This document shows, one piece after another, positions 40,348 to 47,803 of a stretch of DNA of 64,000 nt (positions are counted from its first letter, which is position 1; each line of letters opens with the position of its first letter). A program made the position numbers and the translations under genes. Below the pieces are notes generated by a model. It was not told where the DNA came from, ran no database searches, and was given only the letters and a program-made list of their open reading frames with translations. Source of the stretch: a virus. The stretch is taken from the IMG/VR virus record IMGVR_UViG_3300025120_000020; one strand, given 5' to 3'.

Positions 40348-41022
40348 TTATTGATTTGGGGCTAATAATTCAATTTTTTCTACAAGATATGTAATAATTT
40401 TATCTCTTATCACATCTTCCTTACTAAACTCTACACTATGCACCCCTTTTTTGGAACTTTGCTCGTCTTTAAACAAATTAGCCAACTTAGTAAACCCACT
40501 ACTCCTAATGTCACTCTGCAAACTATCCCCACACACAAATAACCTACTGCCACGACCAATCCTTGTAAGCACAGTAGTCAACTCTCTCACACTCATATTC
40601 TGAGCCTCATCCACAATCACAATCTTATCCCGCCAAGTGCATCCGCGCAAAAAGTTAATCGGCTCCGCTTCTAATACTCTTTTGTTTTTTAACTGGTCTT
40701 TCTCTGGCTTGTTCAATAACTCGTCAATCTTATCAAGTAACGGAGCCATATATGGCCCAAACTTATCATCCATATCACCTTTCAGAAAACCTATCCCCCT
40801 ATCCGCACTCTCCACAACACTACGCAAATACAATATTTTTAAGTTTTTGTCGTTATTATACAAATCTAAGGCACTATAAACAGAAAGAAATGTCTTAGCC
40901 GTTCCTGCTGGCCCACCCAGAAATACAATCCGAGTATTGTTGTCTGACATTATGTCATAGAATTCTTTTTGTTTTTTTGTTAATTCAATATGACCCAATA
41001 ACAAGCTGCTGTCTTTTATCAT
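40348..41022 (-). CDS. phoH: PhoH-like ATPase
   Basis: GPAGTAKT, GFLKGD, FLRGCTW, IVDEAQNM, LTRIG, GDSLQSD. Confidence 0.92.
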   Translation of the reverse strand: MIKDSSLLLGHIELTKKQKEFYDIMSDNNTRIVFLGGPAGTAKTFLSVYSALDLYNNDKNLKILYLRSVVESADRGIGFLKGDMDDKFGPYMAPLLDKIDELLNKPEKDQLKNKRVLEAEPINFLRGCTWRDKIVIVDEAQNMSVRELTTVLTRIGRGSRLFVCGDSLQSDIRSSGFTKLANLFKDEQSSKKGVHSVEFSKEDVIRDKIITYLVEKIELLAPNQ

Positions 41023-41247
41023 TTCTTTTTATTTATTACACGGGTTTAGCTTTTGTTTTGTTTTATTCTGTGGCGCACCGCCACTTTTAATATGAAAAAT
41101 AACTTCTTTATAGTGTTCACCACCCCCCGCGCTGTATGCGTCAAGCACAAAAGTCAAAAAGTTTCAGAAAACCCCTCCCCTAAAAAAAAATACATTTATA
41201 TGCAGAAAAAGCTTTTTGTTTACCCTGATCTGTGATAAAATACACGC

Positions 41248-41523
41248 ATGGCAACGATATACTTCTCAGGAGGAAAAGCGAAACACGCAAACGAAATCAA
41301 GAGTTTCGTCATCATCTCGAAAACCGCTGAAGGCAAAGAGGTTGTTTGGGGCGAGACCACAAACACTAAAACAGTTGAGAAATTGAGAAGTGGTCAACAC
41401 TGGGCTTTCCCCGAAGGGAAGTTCGTTCGCGTCGAGGAGTTTGAGAACGCAAAGGCTTCTTGGGCTTCCAAGCATGGAGAAAGGCTGGAACTTCTTTATG
41501 GTCGCAACTCCCGACCCCGTTAA
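41248..41523 (+). CDS. Early hypothetical protein (leaderless)
   Basis: TG-A-TAAAAT (41236-41241) 6 nt before ATG. Confidence 0.7.
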   Translation: MATIYFSGGKAKHANEIKSFVIISKTAEGKEVVWGETTNTKTVEKLRSGQHWAFPEGKFVRVEEFENAKASWASKHGERLELLYGRNSRPR

Positions 41524-41552
41524 AAAAAGTTTTCTTTTTATACGAAAAGAGC

Positions 41553-41581
41553 TTGCACCAATCAGAAAAATAAAGTAGAAT
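41553..41581 (+). promoter_or_regulatory. Sigma-70-type early promoter
   Basis: TTGCAC-17-TAGAAT, ATG 6 nt downstream. Confidence 0.75.
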
Positions 41582-41587
41582 TCACAC

Positions 41588-41779
41588 ATGACCGCAACCG
41601 AAGAAGCACTAGCAGCAATGGCAAAAGCAGAAGCAGGATGGGACAAATTAGCAGAGGAGACCGTTGAGGTTTCTGGCCAGTTCCAGAAAGAATGCCAAGA
41701 GTTCCGAAAAGAGCAAAGGGAATGGTTCCTTGAAAATGTGCCTGACCAGCCGAAGCAAGACCCTAGATTCCTAGCCTAA
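41588..41779 (+). CDS. Small helical protein, paralogue of 44046-44198
   Basis: Shares A-M-x-KAE-x-x-WDK and EVSGQFQKECQE with 44046-44198. Confidence 0.75.
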   Translation: MTATEEALAAMAKAEAGWDKLAEETVEVSGQFQKECQEFRKEQREWFLENVPDQPKQDPRFLA

Positions 41780-41806
41780 AAAATAACAAGTAAGAAAACT
41801 ACCATT

Positions 41807-42031
41807 ATGAATCTCCACAATTTCAAATATCAGTCCCCAATGGGGAAAGCAATCTTGATTCTCACCTATCCCATTCTCTTCCCTCATCACATTGGGGAGT
41901 TGATGCGTGAGCGAAAGTTGAAGCGAATTATCCGCAAGGGCATCGCGGATGCATGCAAAGAGCCGCAGGGCGTGACTGCGGAAATCGTCAACGAAGCCTC
42001 GTGCGAACTCCGCATGATTTACGGCAAGTAA
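41807..42031 (+). CDS. Hypothetical protein
   Basis: 74-aa ORF; stop codon 6 nt before the mini-tmRNA. Confidence 0.65.
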   Translation: MNLHNFKYQSPMGKAILILTYPILFPHHIGELMRERKLKRIIRKGIADACKEPQGVTAEIVNEASCELRMIYGK

Positions 42032-42037
42032 AAAGTT

Positions 42038-42103
42038 GGGTGGCCAATGGTTTCGACGGGACGCGAGTCTCGGATGGGGGTTCGATCCCCCCGCCATCCA
42101 CCA
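42038..42103 (+). ncRNA. tmRNA tRNA-like domain only (mini-tmRNA), 66 nt
   Basis: Acceptor GGGTGGC/GCCATCC with G3.U70, discriminator A, encoded CCA; D-loop CAATGGTTTCGA; helix CGGGAC-GCGA-GTCTCG; GAT linker; T arm GGGGG-TTCGATC-CCCCC. Confidence 0.85.
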
Positions 42104-42152
42104 AAAAAAATACTTGACACGTTGAGTTTTTATGTTATAAAAAAAATCGCTC

Positions 42153-42227
42153 TAACTAACTGAGTATCAACGAGTTACGGGGAAGCGCCCCGCCCCCGCC
42201 CGTAACTGACTGAGTATCAACGACTTA
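42153..42227. repeat. Box-spacer-box element 1 (C-rich spacer orientation)
   Basis: TAACTAACTGAGTATCAACGAGTTA + CGGGGAAGCGCCCCGCCCCCGCCCG + TAACTGACTGAGTATCAACGACTTA. Confidence 0.95.
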
Positions 42228-42344
42228 CGAAGGTTTTTTCTATATCAAAACAAGCCATCGTGTCAAGCCCTTTTAAATAAAAAAAAGATTAAATATATGC
42301 AGAAAAAGCTTTTCTTTTGTGAGATTCTCCTGTATACTATGCCC

Positions 42345-42590
42345 ATGTCCGACACTACTACATCACCAACGTTCCGCACCTACAAGACCAAGCATCTGAT
42401 TCTCTCGGTCTACCGCACGGGAATGACTTACTTGCACATCTCTGTAAAAAATAGCCAGTGGAGTCGCTATAAGTTCCAAGCTATCACCCGCGAGCAAGCA
42501 GCTAAAGCCCTCCTTGATATCCGCGCAGCCAAACGCGCAGCCAAGAGAGTAGAGGCCGAAGCCCTTGTTTCTGTCGCTTCTTACCTCTAA
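42345..42590 (+). CDS. Early hypothetical protein (leaderless)
   Basis: TATACT at 42333-42338, 6 nt before ATG 42345. Confidence 0.7.
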   Translation: MSDTTTSPTFRTYKTKHLILSVYRTGMTYLHISVKNSQWSRYKFQAITREQAAKALLDIRAAKRAAKRVEAEALVSVASYL

Positions 42591-42608
42591 AAAAGATCAA
42601 AATAATCC

Positions 42609-42637
42609 TTGCACCAACCCCAAATCTAGACTATAAT
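42609..42637 (+). promoter_or_regulatory. Sigma-70-type early promoter
   Basis: TTGCAC-17-TATAAT. Confidence 0.8.
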
Positions 42638-42646
42638 TCTCTCGTT

Positions 42647-42982
42647 ATGAAAAACACCACTACCACTACCACCACCCGCTTCGATCACGCCCTCTATGGA
42701 CTCAGTGACGAAGACCTCAAGACTAAGCTCACCAATCGCGTGGTGACTTACTTCAACAGCGACGAATCCTCTGTCAAAAATGACGGCGTTCGTCAGTTCG
42801 TGATCAAGTCAATCGACTACACTGGTCACGCCAAAGGATCGGGTCGTCGCTACATCCAAGGCGAGGTTCAAGACCTCGACGATGGAGGCAAGACCAAGTT
42901 CCGCACTCTGCACGTTGCAGGGATCGAAAAGGTGAAAGGTCGCGTGGCGACCGCTTACCAGCTAGCCAAATCAGTTTTCTAA
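42647..42982 (+). CDS. Early hypothetical protein
   Basis: 111-aa ORF between promoter and terminator. Confidence 0.75.
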   Translation: MKNTTTTTTTRFDHALYGLSDEDLKTKLTNRVVTYFNSDESSVKNDGVRQFVIKSIDYTGHAKGSGRRYIQGEVQDLDDGGKTKFRTLHVAGIEKVKGRVATAYQLAKSVF

Positions 42983-42997
42983 TGGTGTGTGTGTCTA

Positions 42998-43035
42998 CCC
43001 GTCAGTCTCTTCGGAGGCTGGCGGGTTTTTTTTTG
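42998..43035 (+). terminator. Intrinsic terminator
   Basis: CCCGTCAGTCTC-TTCG-GAGGCTGGCGGG + T tract. Confidence 0.85.
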
Positions 43036-43089
43036 ATTTATATGCAAAAAGATCTTGCGCGTGATTCTTTTTTCGAGTATACTATCGGC

Positions 43090-43317
43090 ATGGCAACAGT
43101 AACACAAAACCACTTAGCAGACTTAGCATATCAAGCAGGACTCCGAGGTCATGAGAGTATCACCTGCCCCCGTTCATACCTTGGCTGGGTAATCCCAGAA
43201 ATGTTCGAAGATGGAGCGATGGCCTTCGGGATCTGGAGGCACTTCTGGGCAGAGGGTGAGCGGGTCGAGAGGGAAGCTTGCGCTCGCGATTACGATGACA
43301 GTCGATTGGATTACTAA
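43090..43317 (+). CDS. Early hypothetical protein (leaderless)
   Basis: TTGCGC-17-TATACT (43055-43083), ATG 6 nt downstream. Confidence 0.7.
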   Translation: MATVTQNHLADLAYQAGLRGHESITCPRSYLGWVIPEMFEDGAMAFGIWRHFWAEGERVEREACARDYDDSRLDY

Positions 43318-43331
43318 TCCGCACCACACAA

Positions 43332-43357
43332 GGCTCCCGAAAGGGAGCTTTTTTTTT
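43332..43357 (+). terminator. Intrinsic terminator
   Basis: GGCTCCC-GAAA-GGGAGCT + T tract. Confidence 0.85.
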
Positions 43358-43417
43358 GAATTAAATTAATCTTTTGTGTTGACATCCGCGAGAAAACAGT
43401 TAATAAAAAAATCCTCC

Positions 43418-43492
43418 TAACTCACTGAGTATCAAGGAGTTGCGGGCGGGGGCGGGGCCGTGGCCCCTAACTCGTTGAGTATCAAGGACTTA
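43418..43492. repeat. Box-spacer-box element 2 (G-rich spacer orientation)
   Basis: TAACTCACTGAGTATCAAGGAGTTG + CGGGCGGGGGCGGGGCCGTGGCCCC + TAACTCGTTGAGTATCAAGGACTTA. Confidence 0.95.
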
Positions 43493-43632
43493 CAACGTTT
43501 TTTTCTTTATAGTAAACAAGGAGAGAGTCAAGCCTAAAAATAAAAATAAATGCTGTCTGACAGATTAAAAAAAGATTAAAATACATGCAGAAAAACCTTT
43601 TAATCTCTGAGTTTTTAGAGTAAAATATGCAC

Positions 43633-43845
43633 ATGACCAACCAAGACAACATCACCCGCCTGATCAAGAAGCAGTTTGTTTACACCACTTCTAACAATGG
43701 AAATCTTCGCATGTATCAACTTCGCGGGGTTGAGCATTCCACCAAGGACTTCGCAGTTTGTAAAGTGGTTGACGTAAGTCACGACAGCAAGACGGGCGAC
43801 GAGGAAATTTTCAGAACTCTCTACTTCTCACGCATAGAAAAATAA
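43633..43845 (+). CDS. Early hypothetical protein (leaderless)
   Basis: TAAAAT 6 nt before ATG 43633; C-terminal FRTLY echoes FRTLH of 42647-42982. Confidence 0.65.
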   Translation: MTNQDNITRLIKKQFVYTTSNNGNLRMYQLRGVEHSTKDFAVCKVVDVSHDSKTGDEEIFRTLYFSRIEK

Positions 43846-43868
43846 TTAAAAAAACATTTAAAAAGGGC

Positions 43869-43897
43869 TTGCGCCCATCCCCCAAATCCTTTATACT
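43869..43897 (+). promoter_or_regulatory. Sigma-70-type promoter upstream of the tRNA-like RNA
   Basis: TTGCGC-17-TATACT. Confidence 0.75.
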
Positions 43898-43911
43898 CCC
43901 CCCAGTAAGAA

Positions 43912-44025
43912 AGCTCTATAGTTTAAAAAGTAAAACATTCTCCACGGCCTCTCCAATCATAAGCCACCGCAACCCAAATGGTTCGGGCGAGAAAGACAAA
44001 GGTGCAATTCCTTTTAGAGCAACCA
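43912..44025 (+). ncRNA. tRNA-like RNA with 46-nt insert in place of the anticodon loop
   Basis: Acceptor AGCTCTA/TAGAGCA + A + CCA; D stem GTTT/AAAC; anticodon stem TTCTC/GAGAA around 46 nt; T arm AAAGG-TGCAATT-CCTTT. Confidence 0.7.
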
Positions 44026-44045
44026 ATTTTCCAGACACAAACACT

Positions 44046-44198
44046 ATGAACTTATCAAAAGAATCACAGGAAGCAATAGAAGCAATGAAGAAGGCCGAAG
44101 AGAATTGGGACAAGATGGTTGCTAGAGCTTCCGAGGTCTCAGGTCAATTCCAGAAAGAGTGCCAAGAGTTGAAAGTTGAATTGGAGGAATTAAAATAG
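44046..44198 (+). CDS. Small helical protein, paralogue of 41588-41779
   Basis: MNLSKESQEAIEAMKKAEENWDKMVARASEVSGQFQKECQELKVELEELK. Confidence 0.75.
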   Translation: MNLSKESQEAIEAMKKAEENWDKMVARASEVSGQFQKECQELKVELEELK

Positions 44199-44202
44199 AG
44201 TC

Positions 44203-44400
44203 ATGAAAGAAGAAAAAAATCCACTCCTCGCGAGTGCTGAAACCGCTTTAGCTTTTGAAGAAGCAATGAAAGAATACATCGCGGAGCTTGAGGTTGATGG
44301 TGTAGTTAGTTACAGCCACTTTACTTTGCGCCGTTTACATAATCGTTTTGGCAGGGAAGCTGTCCAAGGATGGCTGAATAATCACTTTGATAATAAATAA
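44203..44400 (+). CDS. Hypothetical protein
   Basis: 65-aa ORF in the same operon. Confidence 0.65.
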   Translation: MKEEKNPLLASAETALAFEEAMKEYIAELEVDGVVSYSHFTLRRLHNRFGREAVQGWLNNHFDNK

Positions 44401-44401
44401 A

Positions 44402-45127
44402 ATGAAAAAACTCCTAATCATCACACTGCTTGCTGTATCAGTTTACTTCTTTCAGGAGGCTGGCAAAGTGGCCAATAAAGAAAAACAAGTAAAGGTTACC
44501 CCGACGACTGTCGAGATTCAGAAGCAAGCCGCGCCTGAGATTGTTAAAACATGGCAAGCACCCGTGCTTGTTAAGCCAAAGCGTTTTTACAAGAGAGACA
44601 AGAAAGAAGATCTAGTTCCTGTTCTTGTTAGACCTAAAAAATCCTACAGGGTCGAAGAGGTTAAAAAAGAAATCAAAAAAGAAATCTCTGCTTGGGATAA
44701 AATGTTTTCTAAAGTAAAACACTACGAGAGTTTTAAGTCTAAAGCGTATCGTTGCAGTGGTGGAGTCATGACTATCGGCTATGGCCATACCAAAAATGTT
44801 AGATGGGGCGACACTATCACAGAATCAGAAGCAGTGAAACTGTTAGAAGAAGAATTACTTGTTGCTAAAAATCATGTGATGAGAATTGTAAAAGTTCCAT
44901 TGACCGAAAATCAATTGGCATCACTCACAAGTTTTACTTTTAACTGTGGTCAAGGTTCACTAAGCAAATTGGTCTGTGAAAAAAAGAATAGACTCAATAA
45001 TGGAAACTATAAAAGCGTTGAGGTGGTCATGCCTCAATATAGAATGGCAGCGGGGAAAATCCGAAAAGGTTTGGAGCTTCGGAGAAAATGGGAAGTTTCT
45101 TTGTGGCGTGATAAAAATTCACTATAA
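44402..45127 (+). CDS. GH24 phage lysozyme with N-terminal signal/anchor
   Basis: MKKLLIITLLAVSVYFF; YESFKSKAYRCSGGVMTIGYGHT (E-x8-C-x5-T); LTENQLASLTSFTFNCG; GLELRRKWE. Confidence 0.85.
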   Translation: MKKLLIITLLAVSVYFFQEAGKVANKEKQVKVTPTTVEIQKQAAPEIVKTWQAPVLVKPKRFYKRDKKEDLVPVLVRPKKSYRVEEVKKEIKKEISAWDKMFSKVKHYESFKSKAYRCSGGVMTIGYGHTKNVRWGDTITESEAVKLLEEELLVAKNHVMRIVKVPLTENQLASLTSFTFNCGQGSLSKLVCEKKNRLNNGNYKSVEVVMPQYRMAAGKIRKGLELRRKWEVSLWRDKNSL

Positions 45128-45141
45128 TAAAAAAAACTCTG

Positions 45142-45216
45142 TAAGTCGTTGAACGTCAAGGAGTTACGAGCGGGGGCGGGGCCAATGGCCCTAACTCGTT
45201 GAGCATCAGTGACTTA
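45142..45216. repeat. Box-spacer-box element 3 (G-rich orientation)
   Basis: TAAGTCGTTGAACGTCAAGGAGTTA + CGAGCGGGGGCGGGGCCAATGGCCC + TAACTCGTTGAGCATCAGTGACTTA. Confidence 0.95.
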
Positions 45217-45235
45217 GAAGGTTTTTTAATTTTAG

Positions 45236-45289
45236 GCTTCTCTGTAACTCACTGAGCTTCTCTGTAACTCACTGAGTATCAGTTGGTTA
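45236..45289. repeat. 20-bp tandem duplication and solo box
   Basis: GCTTCTCTGTAACTCACTGA x2; the second copy continues into box TAACTCACTGAGTATCAGTTGGTTA (45265-45289). Confidence 0.85.
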
Positions 45290-45396
45290 TAACGCAATAT
45301 ATCTGGCCCTATATATTTGACTTATTTGTTGTTAACCTTAATGACCTTTGTGCTTTTTTCTCTTGACGAAAAGAAACTATAATGTAGAATTCACTT

Positions 45397-45603
45397 ATGC
45401 CTAAATCAACTGAATCCGTCCGTATCGAAGTTAGAAACCAAGATCAGGCTATCATGCTTGAATATGCTTTACGTCTCGTTCATCAACACCTAGCCGAAAG
45501 GATGGGGGATGTCCAAGATGATAAGTTTGAAAGCTTCGTTGATAACGTAAAGTGGACACGCAAGCACGTTGCTGCATTAAACGAAAAGTTTGCTCTTAGT
45601 TAA
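45397..45603 (+). CDS. Early hypothetical protein (leaderless)
   Basis: TTGACG-16-TAGAAT (45363-45390), ATG 6 nt downstream; terminator-like hairpin at about 45623-45660. Confidence 0.75.
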   Translation: MPKSTESVRIEVRNQDQAIMLEYALRLVHQHLAERMGDVQDDKFESFVDNVKWTRKHVAALNEKFALS

Positions 45604-45708
45604 TCGCAAGGTTGGCTATCCAAACCTCTCCTACTTTTCTAGACAGTGGGAGGGGTTTTTTTTCTTTTTTAATTTGACGCTTGGTCAATTTTCCCCCATA
45701 CTCCCGAC

Positions 45709-45945
45709 ATGACAGTTCAAAATCCTATTGCTGATAGTCTCGCCCCGATGAATGAAACAGACTTACGCGACATGCTCGATGATGGACCTCGCGCTGGCAA
45801 CTTTAACCCCACGCCCGAAGTAGTGGGAGAGTTGCTCGCGCAGATCCAAAACGATATGGGTGATCGTAACCCCGAATGGTCTTCTGATGATGGCCTCTCA
45901 CCCGCAGACGCGCAAGCTCTTCAAAATCACCTCGACGGAGAATAA
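45709..45945 (+). CDS. Acidic early hypothetical protein (leaderless)
   Basis: TTGACG-17-CATACT (45674-45702), ATG 6 nt downstream. Confidence 0.75.
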   Translation: MTVQNPIADSLAPMNETDLRDMLDDGPRAGNFNPTPEVVGELLAQIQNDMGDRNPEWSSDDGLSPADAQALQNHLDGE

Positions 45946-45955
45946 AAAATCGTTT

Positions 45956-46030
45956 TAACTCCTTGAACGTCAAGGAGTTGCGGCAAAGCCCCCCGCCCCG
46001 CCCCGTAAGTCGTTGATAATCAGTGACTTA
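45956..46030. repeat. Box-spacer-box element 4 (C-rich orientation)
   Basis: TAACTCCTTGAACGTCAAGGAGTTG + CGGCAAAGCCCCCCGCCCCGCCCCG + TAAGTCGTTGATAATCAGTGACTTA. Confidence 0.95.
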
Positions 46031-46221
46031 CGGGGTTTTTCTCTTTATCATAAAGCTGGGGGGGATGTCAAGCTTATTTGTTAAAATATTTGGCATTGTT
46101 AGCGCAAAAAAAATCACTTTTAATGCAAAAAAGGTATTGCGCTTCACAAAAAAATGGTTTAGACTCTCACCAGTTCAGAGGCAGTTCTCTGACAGTTAAC
46201 CAACTAGAAACTACTACTACT

Positions 46222-47019
46222 ATGAAAAACCTAATCTACTCCTCCAACAAAGTCAGCTATGATCAACTCAAAGAAGTTGAAAAGCCTGATCCTATGGGTT
46301 CGCGTCACTTCCCAATTGACCATCACGAGTTGGTCGATATCGCCAAGCGCGAACTGGAACACAGTGGCTTTGACATTGTGCAGGAAGAACACGGTCTCGC
46401 TGAGAAAGGCATGAATTGCTTTTCTGGTTTTGCCATTCGCAAGTCAGACTTTGATAATACTGACCGCGAGCTTGTCTTTGGTCTTCGGAACTCCCACAAT
46501 CAAAAGTTTGCTAGTTCTGTAGCGGTTGGTTCCTCAATGCTTGTTTGCGAGAATCTTTGCTTTTCCTCTGACATTACCCTGTCACGGAAGCACACCCGCA
46601 ACATTTTTCAGGATCTCCCACTAGTTATGGCCGAAGCCATTGGTTCCATCCAAAAGACTTGGGACAATGAAGGCAAGCGAATTGAGACTTACAAGAACAC
46701 CGAGGCTGATGAGATCGAGGTAATCAACAAGCTTCTCAAGGCTGGTTTGATCAAGCCCACCAAGATTGAAAAATTCTTGGATCTTGTTCAGAATGGTGGC
46801 GTTGATGTTGACGGCACAAAGGGAGCTTTCCACGAGCATCGCGGGACACTCTGGAATATCTTCAATGCTGTCACAGAATCCTACAAGGATTTGACTGCCA
46901 ACAATGTCATGCACCTACCACGCATGACAATGCAAACCCAAGGTATTCTCGACAGGGTTGCAAACCCTTCCTTGATTACTGCGGAAGATCGCAATTCCGC
47001 ACTCGTTTTATCTGCCTAG
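46222..47019 (+). CDS. DUF932-family protein
   Basis: PIDHHELV, LRNSHNQK, MLVCENLCF, RKHT, GTLWNIFNAVTE; promoter TTGCGC-17-TAGACT at 46137-46165. Confidence 0.7.
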   Translation: MKNLIYSSNKVSYDQLKEVEKPDPMGSRHFPIDHHELVDIAKRELEHSGFDIVQEEHGLAEKGMNCFSGFAIRKSDFDNTDRELVFGLRNSHNQKFASSVAVGSSMLVCENLCFSSDITLSRKHTRNIFQDLPLVMAEAIGSIQKTWDNEGKRIETYKNTEADEIEVINKLLKAGLIKPTKIEKFLDLVQNGGVDVDGTKGAFHEHRGTLWNIFNAVTESYKDLTANNVMHLPRMTMQTQGILDRVANPSLITAEDRNSALVLSA

Positions 47020-47027
47020 CCTATAAC

Positions 47028-47050
47028 GCCCCCCGAAAGGGGGGCTTCTT
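47028..47050 (+). terminator. Terminator-like hairpin
   Basis: GCCCCCC-GAAA-GGGGGGC + TTCTT. Confidence 0.65.
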
Positions 47051-47053
47051 ATC

Positions 47054-47167
47054 ATGAAAGAACAGGACAGAACTTTTTTTGAGAATGTGGTTTTTACTTG
47101 CATGTTCATTTTGTCAGGTATAATATCTCTTGTCGGCGTTGTGCATCTTTTTAAAATGGCGTTTTAA
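47054..47167 (+). CDS. 37-aa single-TM peptide (not in ORF track)
   Basis: MKEQDRTFFENVVFTCMFILSGIISLVGVVHLFKMAF; followed by a hairpin at about 47190-47225. Confidence 0.55.
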   Translation: MKEQDRTFFENVVFTCMFILSGIISLVGVVHLFKMAF

Positions 47168-47248
47168 TTTTCATCGTGGTCGATAGCGTAACCTCGTCCC
47201 CTCTGCATGGGGGGCGGGGTTTTTCTTTTCTAATAATAAAAAACGCTG

Positions 47249-47323
47249 TAAGTCGTTGAGTATCAATGAGTTACGGGCGGGGGCGGGGCCGCGCCCCGTA
47301 AGTCGCTATCGTTCAGTGGCTTA
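47249..47323. repeat. Box-spacer-box element 5 (G-rich orientation)
   Basis: TAAGTCGTTGAGTATCAATGAGTTA + CGGGCGGGGGCGGGGCCGCGCCCCG + TAAGTCGCTATCGTTCAGTGGCTTA. Confidence 0.95.
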
Positions 47324-47397
47324 TGAAGATTTTTTTAAATTAAAAAAACATTAAAAAGGCTTGTTTTGAAATCAAATTCTGTCAGAATACTCTCGTT

Positions 47398-47613
47398 ATG
47401 GAACAAGAGATACCAACAATCAGATTGACAGGACATTTCAATAAAACCTTCAGTGTTAAAAAGGAGGAGAAGGCTTACAAGGGCTTAGAATATTCCATTG
47501 AATGGGATTTTGATAAGAAGAAAACCCGCATCCCGATTTCGACACACGGTGCGATTGAACTATCAGAAGTGTTTGATAAGCTAGGCTTCACACAAATTCA
47601 CCGCGAAAGCTAA
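47398..47613 (+). CDS. Early hypothetical protein
   Basis: 71 aa; promoter/leader shared with the 48297 gene. Confidence 0.7.
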   Translation: MEQEIPTIRLTGHFNKTFSVKKEEKAYKGLEYSIEWDFDKKKTRIPISTHGAIELSEVFDKLGFTQIHRES

Positions 47614-47617
47614 AACC

Positions 47618-47800
47618 ATGACAATAGAAGTAGAAAGAAAAGAAGTTTACGGTAATACTCTGACTTATGTGAAAAAAGAATCTGTCAGGAATTCCATAAA
47701 GAAACTAACAGGAAGAAAAACTTTAACCGACTACGACGTTGAAGCTCTTAAAGAGTTGGGATTTGTCTTGGTCATTGAACAAGTAACAGAAAGAATTTAA
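47618..47800 (+). CDS. Hypothetical phage protein
   Basis: KEVYGNTLTY...LTGRKTLT...LKELGF. Confidence 0.7.
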   Translation: MTIEVERKEVYGNTLTYVKKESVRNSIKKLTGRKTLTDYDVEALKELGFVLVIEQVTERI

Positions 47801-47803
47801 ATT

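Noticed and set aside
42038-42103. attP remnant of an ssrA-integrating prophage
   Set aside because: att duplications carry only one end of the gene; here both 5' and 3' halves are joined by a paired helix and GNRA loop, with no integrase nearby
41771-44113. Track ORFs 41771-42097(-), 43482-43667(-), 43916-44113(-) and N-terminal extensions of 42297, 42982, 43869
   Set aside because: They overlap RNA genes, promoters, terminators or repeats; downstream ATGs fit the promoter spacing better
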